From Octopus sinensis (lineage: Eukaryota), in NCBI RefSeq assembly GCF_006345805.1, contig NC_042999.1, positions 71,796,001 to 71,860,000 of the forward strand: DNA of 64,000 bases, read 5' to 3'. Position numbers and translations under genes: made by a program. Positions 23,646-36,835 of this stretch are shown here, in pieces. Within the stretch, counting starts at the first letter, position 1, and every line of letters begins with the position of its first letter. The notes below the pieces were generated by a model. It was not told where the DNA came from and searched no databases. It was given only the letters and a program-made list of their open reading frames with translations.

Positions 23646-23997
23646 AACATACATAACAACACCTGTCTCTGTTATTGCCAGTAAAATGACGAAATTTTAA
23701 AAATCGGGTATCTCTTTCTCTCTCGCTCGCTCTCTCCCTCCCTCGCTTTACACCGTCGCTAGGAGGAGACTTAACTCATGTTTGCTTTGTAAATAATGGT
23801 AGGTTTCGCCGCCGTAAAAATTTAGAAATTATAGCTCAAAAATATTACCGCTATTCGCGGGTGCCTCAGGAGAAAATATTTGACGAAAATATAGCTAGGT
23901 TCGTGACGAATGTCCTCCTAAAATTTGAGCGACATGCGTGCTAATTTCTGGATGTGCCAAAACTACAATTACGTACACATACACACACATCCTGCCT

Positions 23998-24055
<58 letters not shown>

Positions 24056-24187
24056 TATATGCTTGTGTAAGTTTGAGTGAATGGATGCGTGTACAGACAC
24101 AACACACAAACATACAAACATACACATATTACCGCTTCGTCTTGTTTTTTTGTTAATTTTCTCTATACACACCACACCACCACACAC

Positions 24188-24256
<69 letters not shown>

Positions 24257-24829
24257 TTATGTTGGTACAGGACGTCTTGAAAAAACGTGTACAACAAAGT
24301 ACGAAGCAAGAGTACATGGAACATGAATTATTCTTTCGAACAACGAAAGACATAAATGGAAAACAAAACAAACGACATAAAGAAAGACCCTTCATCAGTT
24401 GTTGGTAGTTTTTCGACACTCGTATTTCGAGCATTTAACAACAATATGCGCTTTCGATAAAACAGTTGCTCCCGCAAAGCAAATTAAGTAAAATTTGTGA
24501 TTTTGAGGTAAGTAAAAATAGGTAACGCAAACAGGGCAGTAAAACCCAGCTGGAAGGGCTGCTCAGCCTAAACAAGGTTGTGGTGGCGAACCCGTAAATC
24601 AAGCTAGGACAGGAGACAAACAAGAATACGTCGTCCTTGTTTCAGCTACAACGGAAAGAAAGAAAGAATAAAAGAAAGAAAGAAAGGGGACCGATGGTCA
24701 CGTGGAAGCCACGTGAGAAAGTGAGGAGGAGTGAGGGAGAGAGAGTGACAGGTTAATTAGGATAGAATAGTGGGTGAAGAGGAAGTAAAATAACAGACAA
24801 AAACGAAAGAGTAAAAACATCGTAGTGAG

Positions 24830-25332
24830 CACTGCATCGACAACAGATTGCATTCCCAGAATAGAGAATTATACCTTATAGTGAGCACATTGAGAAATGC
24901 GCAAAGCAACTACTACCACAATTTTTAATCTTTCCATTTTACCAATGTGCTATCGGATCATCAACACAAATTAGACTAAACAAGGAAACATTCTTCATTG
25001 AAAAGTACAAGCCCAGACTTAACCATGCCAACATACTGATATGTAAGGGAAAGGAAAAAAAAATTTAAGCGATTATCTCCCTTACACCGGAAGAAATTAC
25101 TCATTACCTCCCCTTATTTAGAACTCTTTTAAACATAAACATAACGATAACTCTATTCAACATAAACATAACGTCGTAAGAAATTTGAAAAGCTAGACGC
25201 GAAACCGGTCTTTCTTCTAAACTATGTCATTGTAAGGAAAAACATTTTTTAATATTCTTCAGACATATTGACGCAAATATATATATTTTTTAACCTTTAA
25301 GCCTTCTGTAGTTTTTTTCACTTTTTACTATT

Positions 25333-25335
<3 letters not shown>
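24830..25335 (+). mobile_element. Penelope-like element 3' fragment (end of GIY-YIG ORF plus 3' UTR)
   Basis: Collinear with 34315-34870 (LHRQQIAFPE..IP.SEHIEKC). Confidence 0.85.
25178..25216 (+). ncRNA. Hammerhead-like motif with a U3-A8 core, GUC triplet
   Basis: aagaaau-UUGAAAA-gc(uagac)gc-GAA-ACCGGU-C-uuucuu. One stem I nucleotide is lost relative to the 34691 copy. Confidence 0.5.
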
Positions 25336-25366
<31 letters not shown>

Positions 25367-26051
25367 ATTACATACATATGTGTATATATGTTTGTATGTA
25401 TATATTGTATATACACATATACGTATATATATATATATATACTTATATACACATACACATATACGAATATATATACCTATATATATATATGTATATATAT
25501 ATTATATATATATATATTTATATATATATATAATATAACATATATATGCATGTGTGTATTAGAAGAACAGAGAGAAAGAGACAAGCATACGTACATACGT
25601 TTATACCTCTTAATTTATTATAGCTTGTCACTCTATTACAGCTTAGCATCATTATAAAAGTGAGCATAAGTTGAATTCCTTATTACTTCTCTCAAAATGC
25701 ATTTAACTTTTCTGGCAGCAAAACTACTTACCAAGCATCATCTTCCACGTAATATACGATTTTCGAAGTAGGCATATTATAATTTGAAAGAAAGATAGGT
25801 TCTAAGAAATATTGGTGAAAAGGCATTTTTGACTTAAAAAAGATATATTTAAATGAATTTGGTTATTGTTAATTCTAATTACGTATTTACCCTTTTCATC
25901 TGCTATCTCCCAAAGTTAATGCGACGTTTCACAGTTTAGTGGAAATTATTGAAGTTACTTCTGAGTTTTGCAGTTGCATTTTACTACATCTTTCTCACCT
26001 TCAGATTTTGTGTTTTTCACTCACTTTATTTCCTCTTCCTCTTTCGCTTTG

Positions 26052-26097
<46 letters not shown>

Positions 26098-26240
26098 TAT
26101 ATGTATGTGTGCGCGGTTGTTTCTGTGTATGTGAATGTGGGTATGTGTATGTCTGTGCGTGTGTACATGCTTGTGTGTATTAAGGTATACACAGACAAAC
26201 ATCCACGTTCTCCATACACGCACACAACACACACACACAC

Positions 26241-26298
<58 letters not shown>

Positions 26299-26997
26299 GT
26301 AAGACATGCGGTACTCGGTGCACCTATACAGGTAATGTTGATTTAATAGCGGGAGTGAGCTTATATGTACTCAAACATTTGATCACTATACACAAATCAT
26401 CTGGGTGTGGTTGTTCGGCAAGAAATTCTTTTCTTTATTAGCCACTAAAGGCCTGATATAGAGGGACGATAGAAGACATACGGGTGGGGGTCATACAGAC
26501 ATGCATGTACAGATTTCGAACAATGGCGAAAGCTAAAAATGGCAGGTGTAAACATATAAACTGTAGTGCACAAAAGGGACAGTATTTTGAGTTGGCCGTG
26601 GAGTAGAATTTGGGTGGATCGATTTTATAATCGGTGGCACTGTTCTTAGGTGGGAATCTGAATAAATCTCACCGTTTAACACCTGGTCCTTGGGTACCTG
26701 TAACAGAGACCACTTTGTTTCCAGAATTCACGCCAAGTCTCTCGCCTGAGAATAACTTCTAGTCTTTCTTCCTACCAGTCTCAAAGGCACCAATAATGGT
26801 CATGGATGTTACCTTTGTATTCAATTAGGCCAACAAAATCATTGTCAAACTTACACAAAGAATCTTTACAGTAGATTATGTCTAAAAACTTTCTCTAAAA
26901 TCCTTGTGTGACACCTTAGGCCAGTGTCTTCTACTATAGCCTCATACCTTGTGGGTGGATTTGGTAGACAGACACTAAAAGCGCATCATGTTTAATT

Positions 26998-27052
<55 letters not shown>

Positions 27053-27149
27053 GAGGGGGGACGAGCAATAAGAAAATGGAGGAGATCAATAGGTGGTATT
27101 CATCAGCTTTTAGACATATTATGTCAATCTATTTATTTACTAAAAGGAC

Positions 27150-27480
27150 AATTATAACAGTATACGACAAACTTATCTCTAGGGCGAAAGCCCGGAAGTT
27201 TAAGCTCAAGTTAGACCCATTGGTTCGAACCATTCCTGCAACTTTCACTCTTCCTTCCTCAAACTTGCACGAGGGCAGCTCCTCCCTCTCCAGTCTCAGT
27301 TTTCTTTTCAAGTGATACCTGGTATGGTTAATTAAACCCTTGCTGTAGAATGAGGTGCCCGTCCTCAAACCTTTCAACCGGGACAGCCACACAACCTTTT
27401 TTGCACGTCCTAATCCAGCGACCTGAAGTCGTTGAGAAAGAGTTCTTGCTTCCAAAGCGATCCCAGGCCACGCACATTTA
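27150..27480 (-). mobile_element. Tx1/L1-like ORF2 C-terminal remnant
   Basis: ORF 27129-27494 contains VVWLSRLKGLRT...YHLKRKLRLEREEL..KF. Family assignment is by pattern recognition only. Confidence 0.5.
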
Positions 27481-27607
27481 AATGATCTTCGCAATATAAA
27501 AAGTGCGATATATTATAAAAATATAAAAAATGCGAAAGAAACAGCCGTATTGAATTGACATTTACCCATAGTCTGTTACTTTTTATTTGCTGTACGTGTG
27601 TGTGTGT

Positions 27608-27647
<40 letters not shown>

Positions 27648-27739
27648 TGTTCTACTGTACTGTTGAATATATCGCTTCGTCACCAAGTTTATCTTTTATC
27701 CGAAAATTTAGTCTCTTTCTTACTGAATGCCTCCGTTAA

Positions 27740-28060
27740 GGTGATGGCGCTGATGATTGAATAGACCAATTTTTGCATGGAAGAGTCGATGGCATTCAAT
27801 GTGGTAAGAAAGAGATTGATTTTGTCGAACCTTTATCATCTGTCGTTTGATTTGTTCCTCTTCTCTTCTGGTGGCTTCTAAGATTTTGGTTCTGATGTTG
27901 ATGAAACACCGCTAGTTGGTACCGTCTCGGACTTGTGTCTCAAGCAATTTAAACTCAAGTCCAGTGGTTTTGAGAGTTGTTTTGAGTTAGTCTTTGTATC
28001 TTCGATGAGAGCAGCCCCGTGGTCTTTCCTCTGAAGTGAGCTCGCTGAATAAGACTTGAC
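27740..28060 (-). mobile_element. RTE-BovB-like LINE 3' remnant
   Basis: The minus strand gives ELTSEERPRGCSHRRYKD*LKTTLK...ECHRLFHAKIGLFNHQRHH, matching the BovB-type C-terminal G.R..G...RYKD.LK and C2H2-like motif. Confidence 0.65.
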
Positions 28061-29300
28061 GTGCTACATTTCTTGATCATCGAAGACAGTTTTTCATGCT
28101 TAGCGAATCGATAGTATTTTCATTTTCTTTTTAGAGAGCACTATGCAGAGAGATCTAAATTCTTTATCTTATGTACAATATCTTGAATATAAAATTGAAG
28201 GATCCACCTAGTTTGTTTCAGTCTTTTGTACCATATTCGATTGTCCACAGAGACGCAGTGTAAGAACCGACAAATACCTAAGTGCTTAGATAAATTTGAC
28301 ACATTAGTTTGTACATATAAAGGCAGTGGATTAATAATATAACTGGTGTGTCATAATTGATTTATTACAATGCAATACTATGCACTGAATGTAACATTTA
28401 GTTTGTTATATTAATATATTGATATATTGATTATAGAGTATCTCCGTGGCCAGAAAAAGAGGGATCAGTTGGAATAATTTCAATGCTGGGTTGGAAAATC
28501 ATTCTTGAATGGGACCCATCTTTAAGAAGTTCATTTTATCTAAAAGCTCAATAAATAAATAGAAAATCTGATAATTAAGTAAACGGTGTGTTGAGATGTT
28601 TAATGTAAATGCAATACGTTACAACAGAATATAACAATAGATATTTTAACCAGCACGGTAGGGTATAAACACAGGCAATTTATTAATCGAACAAGCTGCC
28701 AATAGTGAAGCACAACACGGATTATTGTAACCCATTTAATTAAGCCATTAGTGTCTGCAATTAACGTTTCCTTTGGCAATTAAAGATGCATTCAGTTGCA
28801 AATGAAATCGTTACTCACTATTGTATCTCGCCCTGCCGATACGTGTATTTCTATACACTAGGGTAGTATATATAAACTGGTGAGTTCATATTTGTCTACA
28901 GGCCATTGGATAAAATATTTAGATACATATATTATATAGTGCAGTTAAATTATTGAAACAAAACGGACTTTAATTTTAGGTAAATATCTATTCATCTAGT
29001 TATGTTTCTAGCACTCTTCTCTCCTTAGTAACCAATTAATGTCATCCTCACCTTTCAACACGGTTAAGCGCAAAGCAAAACACAAACACAACATTATCTG
29101 TGATACAAATCTCATATTTTTATCTGAGATTAGTATTTTTTTAAATATTGGTTTCACAGTCTATGAGTCATCTTTAACTGCAGAGGTACGTTACACGTCA
29201 TACACACATACACACATACATACACACATATGATATATGTTTATGTAAACAGACTGATAAATAAACAGATAGACTGGTAGATAAATATAAGTATATACAT

Positions 29301-29344
<44 letters not shown>

Positions 29345-29347
<3 letters not shown>

Positions 29348-29910
29348 GGGTGTGATGAATATATTCTCGTCTAAATTTATTCAATAAAATTGCCATTTGC
29401 TTCCACACAACTTCGGAATTTCCTGCAACTCTTATGGAGTTCTCGTCTAAATTATGCAAGAATGAAAATAACACTGACATTTCATTTTAAACAGATATAT
29501 CTACCAAAACTACCAAAAATATCTTGAAATACTAAAGAGTAAATTTATTCAATAAAATTGCCATTTGCTTCCACACAACTTCGGAATTTCCTGCAACTCT
29601 TATGGAGTTCTTGTTTAAGTTATTGAATGCTGCCATAATCCTTGCCTTCAGTCCATCTTTGTTGCTACAAGGAGTTCTGTTGGTCTCGCTCGACTGTGTC
29701 CCGCACATAATAGTCAAAGGGGTTGCAGTCTGGGAGTGTTAGGAGGCCAGATATCAGGATGATGTGGTCGCAGAATTGTTTGACATCTATGACTGGGTTC
29801 TGCTTGTGTAGCATGGTGCAAAGTATGGCTGCAAGACATAGGGTCTTCCAGCAGCCGCTGTGGTGAGTCTGAGGCTGTGCGGGAAGATGAATGGAGGCAT
29901 AGCGTCAACA
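29345..29910 (-). mobile_element. Tc1/mariner (DD37D/maT-like) transposase C-terminal remnant with a duplicated end
   Basis: DIWPPNTPRLQPL and ETNRTPCSNKDGLKARIMAAF. TIR-like CAGGGTG at 29345. About 70 bp near 29372 duplicates the segment near 29541. Confidence 0.7.
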
Positions 29911-29944
29911 TTATATATATGTATATATATTATACATATATTAT

Positions 29945-29990
<46 letters not shown>

Positions 29991-29991
29991 C

Positions 29992-30041
<50 letters not shown>

Positions 30042-30050
30042 CATACATAC

Positions 30051-30097
<47 letters not shown>

Positions 30098-30110
30098 CAT
30101 ATATATATAC

Positions 30111-30145
<35 letters not shown>

Positions 30146-30330
30146 TTAATATCTTATTTTTCTTATTTTTCATATAGTGTTATCATAATAATAGTAGGAT
30201 GCTTTTGAGTATACACATATTCGCATAACATAAATTCTCCATTGGATGAACGGTAGAAAGGTCTTCTTGAAATTTGAACCCTTACACCTCTAATGACTTC
30301 TTCCAGTTTTATATATACTTGTATATATAT

Positions 30331-30390
<60 letters not shown>

Positions 30391-30394
30391 CTAT

Positions 30395-30660
30395 TTTCGC
30401 TCTTGCGTCTCACGTTTGATCTCTGACTTCTGGCCAGAATCAGATCGCCATGTTGATCGCTAGCTTCTCTGCACGCATTTTTTTCTCTCCTTGTTTCTCT
30501 CCGTGTTTTCTTTCTGTGTATCTTTCTGTTGAAGAGCGTAGGCTCGAAACGTAAAAGACTTGTTTTATTTATATTCCTGAGCGCCATACTAATACAATTG
30601 TTTGTTTGTACTCCACCTGCCTTCGTCTTTTGTTTATTTTCATAAAGCTTCCCGTTATAT
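30395..30660 (+). mobile_element. PLE-terminal-like repeat (same family as 5548-5735)
   Basis: Shares gagcgtaggctcgaaacgtaaaagact...ttcctga...actaatac. Confidence 0.65.
30521..30558 (+). ncRNA. Hammerhead-like motif with a variant core (A6U)
   Basis: ucuuu-CUGUUGA-A-gagc(guag)gcuc-GAA-ACGU-A-aaaga: 5-bp stem I, perfect 4-bp stem II, palindromic stem III. Confidence 0.45.
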
Positions 30661-30849
30661 ATATATACAACTATAAAAGGCAAAAATTTAATTACTTTAA
30701 TTTCCTGCATTTATGGATCACATATTGATTTTTATCGTGCAGTTGGTAAGCTAGAGTTTGATTTATTGGTTAAATTTGTTTTTAAAATTTGTTATTCTGC
30801 TTTGCGGCAATTGTTAACATTGTTAGGTTATTGCTATAAAGTGTGTATT

Positions 30850-32910
30850 GCTTGTTAAAAGCATTTGTTATTCATTCTCTCATTGGGGGGAATAATAATT
30901 ACAATTATTGTGGTCGGAAAAATAGAAATGTCACGTGGCGATAAGCCAAAACGAAATATGTTTGAAGAGGTTTCAAGTAAAACTGAAGGATCTACTTCAG
31001 ATACAGAGGCAGAATTAATTCCAAGTTTGCCGTCTGGCAGTACAAAAGAAAAGTCAAAGATAGTGTCAAAAGTATAATTGACGTACCGAGTGTGCAAAAA
31101 GAAAATAATAATGAAGAGAAAGACATTTTTGCATTAGCAGCCGGTGGGTAGAACCCGGCAACTCTCAACAAATAAAAATGATATAAGGAAGTACAATAAA
31201 ATAATAGAAAAAGATGGAAACGTGGCAAAAGTGCAACCCCCTGAAAGACTACTACAACAAGAAAAGAAAAAGGAAATACTTTACAAACCCTATAATTTAA
31301 AAAGTCGTAAAATTGATAAAATGTCCGAAGGGACAGCAGAAAAAATATTTGAAAGTCATCTGGAGTGATATTAATTACATCACAAGAGGAAATAAATTTG
31401 GAACGGTACAGGTGAGGATGAGAAATGCGCAGCAACACTCAGTGGAAACGCTGAAGACAAGATGCGGGGCTTATCCCCATGTACATGGGGATGAGGACAT
31501 CAAGAATAAGAATTAGGAGGATTCCTCAAGAGATTGATCCTATGTGGGTGGTGACGGCTGTGGTAATGAACCAGGAGGAGAAAATTACGCTCCCCTACGC
31601 TTCAGCCCCGAAGCATGGGGTAGCGAGTTGTCCAGAAAGCGAACTGGACTGGACAACATTTTAATACAAGCGGAGCCCAAACTCCTAGAAGATATTTCAG
31701 AGAAAATTGAAATAGAAGAGGAGGTCCTCATAGTCTTTGTGGAGGGCCGAAAACCCCGATGTTTTCAATGTGGCGAGTTAGGCCACATTCGGAATGAATA
31801 TAAAGCAGAAAAGGAAGAGGAGGAGGAGAAAGAAGTGGAAGAGAAGAAGGAGAAACAGACAACTAACAAACGAAAAGTTCAGCCGACTACACAACCGAAA
31901 GCAACGACGTCAGAACCGAGGCTAAAAAACACAGCAAAAATGGAAAGAGATGAACGAGGTTTGGTGGCAGTCAACACAGACGACGTGGATCTAATGAGAT
32001 AGCAAAAACTCATAAAATCAGCGATACGCAACGATGAGATCTCTGACAAGTATAAGAACCATGATATTTTACGAAATCTGCGAAAAAACACATAATATCT
32101 TGGCGAACAAATATAGAAAGACTGTTGATCCAATGAGGCTGGTTTTTCATTCCTCTATCTTTGAAGAACTACCGGCTCCGATCTCACGAGATAAAAAAGA
32201 AGGGGTGGAATCTCCTCCTCCTACTGAAAACAAAGAAAAGTAATTTAAGGCAAAATTTTTATGGCGATTCACATTTGTTTAAATGTACACGGCCTGATGT
32301 CGAGCTGGAAGCAAGGACAGTTCCTAAATGACATCAGGTCGCGGGATTTGAATGTAATTGTTGCTGCAGAAACCCGGTTGAACGGGCCAAGAGATCTGCT
32401 CTCTCTGCTGAATAGCTACGAGAAATACGTTTCTCCGTGTCGAGCGACAGGTGGGGGTGGTTTGTTGGTCCTATTAAAAAGAAACCGAGTTTCCGAGAAA
32501 AAGTTGATTTCTTTCTGATCCAGGAGGCAGCTTGGTCGTTCTGGATTTGACTTTCAGTTGCGGTAAGAGGATCAGGCTGGTTGCGATTTATGCACCCAAT
32601 CAGGATGGTCCAAAAAGTAAATATTTCCGTGATGTAGGGAAATTTTTAGTCGCGAAACATTCTTTAGTTTTGCTAGAAGACTTTAACACATTCTACGATA
32701 TGCGCACTGATTGTGTTGGCTCAAAACCAGATAGAACATGTAACTATGGCTTTCGGGATCTACTAGGCCATTTTCAGCTAGCAGACCCATATAGGCTGGA
32801 ACACCCGCACGCTCCACTGTGGACGTGGTCAAATAGCGACGGATCTTCCCGATTATATATAGATAGAATCTTGATTAGAAAGGAGACTGGTTACTGCCTT
32901 TCGATTTAAC
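30850..32910 (+). mobile_element. Tx1/L1-like LINE: decayed ORF1 (CCHC) plus APE domain, 3'-truncated
   Basis: KPRCFQCGELGHIR, MAIHICLNVHGL...VAAETR, AIYAPN...LLEDFN, WTWSN...YIDRIL. Confidence 0.85.
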
Positions 32911-33321
32911 CTTTTTTCAACATTATTATCTCATACGTTGACATGGATAACGATACATTTAAATAGTAGCTGTAAAAGCAGAAAGAAAATGCATGATTTG
33001 ATAGTTAACGAAAAACAATGTTTTAAAGACAATAACTAGAAACCTAGCCTGAAGAAATAAAGTGAGCTGTTGTAAACACATAAAAATGCTTAAGCTGTAT
33101 TAGTATCTGGCTGCAAATAATGAATCGGTGTGATAGCAAACACATAAACCACACGTTTGATGGCGGATTTTTACATCTGAAGGATCTCACAATTCTGCAA
33201 AAAATTATTTAAAAAAAACAAACGTTAAGTTAAAAACTCAGTTTACAGATATTTTGAAGTTGGTTTCATGTAAATTAACTTAATTCATTTTCTCTCTCTG
33301 TTCTCTTCTTTTCTCTCTATC

Positions 33322-33364
<43 letters not shown>

Positions 33365-33716
33365 ATGTATCTATTCTATAAGTGGTTGTTAATAAGCTAG
33401 TTTCCCAACCACATCGTTCCGGATTCAGAATTCAACTACGTTGCACCCTACGCGTGTGTCTTCTACTCTAGCCAATGCATTTGGTAAACGGAAGCTGAAA
33501 GAAGCCCGTCGTGTATATATATATATATATATTATATAGATAAGAAAGTTTGTTTGGTAAAGCACGTGGGTGAATATATAAGAAAATAGTAAAGTGTGAA
33601 AAAACGACAGAAGGCTTAAATGTTAAAAAATATATATATTTGTGTCAAAATGTCTGGAGAATATTGGAAAAATTTTTTTTCCTTTCCTTAAAATGACATA
33701 ATTTAAAAAATTTTTA

Positions 33717-33756
33717 AAGAAATTACCGGTTTCGCGTGTAGCTTTTCAAATTTCTT
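33717..33756 (-). ncRNA. Hammerhead-like motif with a U3-A8 core (inverted arm copy)
   Basis: Exact reverse complement of 34691-34730. Confidence 0.55.
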
Positions 33757-34548
33757 GTGACGTTATGTTTATATTGCATGGAATTATCGTTGTTTTTATT
33801 TCCAGGAGATTTCTAAATAAGGGGAGGTAGTGAGTGATTTTTTCCGGTGTAGGGGAGATAATCGCTTAAAATCTTTAAGAAAAGTTCAACACAACAACAC
33901 ACCTTCCCCGAAAATACTACCTTACATATCTACATACAACCCCAGAAACAAAGAAGCCTTCACCATCATCACCCAGAATTTACCAATACTTCATAAAAAC
34001 CCAAAATTAAAGGAAATTCTAAACATACACCATTAAAAGCTACAAACAGCCTAAATCACTTAAAAAGATTCTCACAAAGGCAAAATTGTCTTCTAAAATT
34101 ACGGATGCAAAAGTAAAAAAATGTGGTAGATCGAACTGTGCAACATGTCCTAACCTATTGGAAGGATCAGAATTCTTCTTTAAAGAGGGACAGAAATTTA
34201 AGATCAAATCTAACTTTACTTGTGCCTCTGAAAACATAATTTATGTTATTAAATGCTCGGGCTGCCACCAAGACTACGTGGGTTCCACGGGACTATCACT
34301 CAGGCGCAGATGCACACTGCATCGACAACAGATTGCATTCCCAGAATATAGAATGATACCTTTTAGTGAGCACATTGAGAAATGCGCAAAGCAACTACTG
34401 CCACAATTTTTATCTTCCCATTTTACCAATGTGCTTTCGGATCATCAACACAAATGAGACTGAACAAGGAACATTCTTCATTGAAAAGTACAAACCCAGA
34501 CTCAACCATCCGAACATACTGACACAGAGAAATTAACAAGGAAATGGG

Positions 34549-34581
<33 letters not shown>

Positions 34582-34690
34582 GCGATTATCTCCCCTACAC
34601 CGGAAAAAATCACTCACTACCTCCCCTTATTTAGAAATCTCCTGGAAATAAAAACAACGATAATTCCATGCAATATAAACATAACGTCAC

Positions 34691-34730
34691 AAGAAATTTG
34701 AAAAGCTACACGCGAAACCGGTAATTTCTT
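34691..34730 (+). ncRNA. Hammerhead-like motif with a U3-A8 core in the PLE 3' UTR
   Basis: aagaaau-UUGAAAA-gc(uacac)gc-GAA-ACCGGU-A-auuucuu: 7-bp stem I, palindromic ACCGGU stem III, GUA triplet. Confidence 0.6.
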
Positions 34731-34876
34731 TAAAAATTTTAAAATTATGTCATTTTAAGGAAAGGAAAAAAAATTTTTCCAATATTCTCCAGACATTTTG
34801 ACACAAATATATATATTTTTTAACATTTAAGCCTTCTGTCGTTTTTTCACACTTTACTATTTTCTTATATATATAT

Positions 34877-34920
<44 letters not shown>

Positions 34921-34928
34921 TATATATA

Positions 34929-35076
<148 letters not shown>

Positions 35077-35104
35077 TATAATATATATTATATATTATAT
35101 TATA

Positions 35105-35186
35105 TATATAGAAGGAGCTTGTACAGGACTAGAACTGTTTCATTCAAAAGAAACAGTTCTAGGCCTGTAGAAGCTCCTTCTATATA
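35105..35186. repeat. Short hairpin with 37-bp arms and an 8-nt loop
   Basis: tatatagaaggagcttgtacaggactagaactgtttc-attcaaaa-gaaacagttctaggcctgtagaagctccttctatata, two mismatches. Confidence 0.85.
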
Positions 35187-35282
35187 ATAAATTAATTTAC
35201 TCTGCTATGTATTGAGTACCTTATTTACTGTGGTTAACCCCGACTCAACCCGGGACCTACATATATATATTATATATATATA

Positions 35283-35367
<85 letters not shown>

Positions 35368-36733
35368 GCACACACATATACATACATATATATATATATG
35401 TGTGTGTGTGTGCGTGCGCGCGCGCGTGTTTGTGTTTTTACGTCCCTGTAACTTAACACTTCGACAAAAGCACTCGACAGAATAAGAACCATGCTCGAAA
35501 TGTACTGGGGTCAATTCATTTGAACAAAAATGATTCAAGGCATGGCTGTAGTCTAATGACTGTAGCATGTAAATGATATAAGATAGATTTGTATGTATGT
35601 ATGTATGCGATCACTTCGATCGTCTGACATGTGGCACATGATGCACCTGCACAAGCAAATGTCGATTTATTGGAAGGAGTGAACTTATGTTCACGCAAAC
35701 ATTTGATCACTATAAATAAATCATCTGTATGGTTGTTCTGGAAGAAATTGCCGAACTCTCATACGTCGTCCAACGACAGGAGAGTGCATGCTATGTACAT
35801 ATACGGATATTCTCTTTATGTTTTTGTAAACTTTTCCGTTTGTTGTGTTTTTGTTAAATTTTTGAAATATCATTTATGTAACGTTAAGCACTCATGAGTG
35901 TTTTTTTACACATTTGTAAAAAAAGCAGTTGGAATACTTTTAGCGCGACGTCCATTTCTGTCTCTCTCCTTAATACTTTACTTCGTTCTCTGTTCTGACT
36001 TTCTATATGTTTCCAGTTCTACAGGAAACTTTCATTTTCCTTTGCATAACATAATAAGTCCCTGTCTTAGCCTTCGTTTTTGTTGTATATGTATATTTTA
36101 TGTTTTCATGATTGTTTTCGTCATTGTTCTGTACGTTCATTAGCTATTCTAAGTGTCTTCTTACAACGGACGCCACCAAAAGTGAACAATATCGACGTTG
36201 AAGCACAAAAGTGTAAGGATCTTTTTAACGTTGATAGATGAAGTAGCTATGAATTTTTTGTTTGTTATGCTCTCGTAAAGTGTTCTGTTTGTTGTGTTTT
36301 TGTTAAATTTTTGAAACACACACACATATAACTTGTTTAACTAAAGAAATATGCAATTCACTGAAGTCTGCTTACCTAGAGACTTCGAAATAACCGTGAG
36401 ATATACGTGGGAATAAGCACTAATCTGCACATGCATTCTTAAATAAATACATACATACATACACGAAAGACATTTCCTCTTTCTCCAATATAACATGGTG
36501 ATGCCGGTACTTCAAGTAATGACTGTGCATGATGCATTTTACAATAAGGAAAGGCCTTACACGCAACAAACATCACGCTCTAAACAACGATGATGCCAGA
36601 TACCCCAGAAAGAAGTTGTCAGCATCATTGGCTACCATCGTGTCGTAGGATTCATATTAGACATTGTCTTCTCCTCCATTGATTTTCTGACAAGGACTAA
36701 GAATCACTCATTACACACACGCACACACACACA

Positions 36734-36803
<70 letters not shown>

Positions 36804-36835
36804 ACACATATAATTAAGATCCAGTTGAATTAGGT

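Larger units (their letters stand above)
22460..24000 (-). mobile_element. Non-autonomous Helitron with an internal Pif1 helicase fragment and a nested SINE
   Basis: The minus-strand 3' end is an imperfect hairpin (cccgagc-aaa-gccggg) plus CTAG|T at 22461. A Helitron-like 5' end lies near 24000. Confidence 0.6.
33574..34872 (+). mobile_element. 5'-truncated Penelope-like element (Neptune-like GIY-YIG) with an inverted copy of its 3' end at the 5' side
   Basis: ORF 34086-34457 has CGRSNCATC...FTCASENIIYVIKCSGCHQDYVGSTG.SLRRR..LH. 33574-33871 is a near-exact reverse complement of 34577-34872. Confidence 0.9.

Noticed and set aside
24290-24410. CTGATGAAGGG on the minus strand as a possible hammerhead
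   Set aside because: No convincing stem II closure, stem III or stem I around the downstream GAAA.
28222-28330. Possible Cys-containing exon (FCTIFDCPQ / QCKNRQIPKC)
   Set aside because: No consistent frame, donor site or domain pattern.
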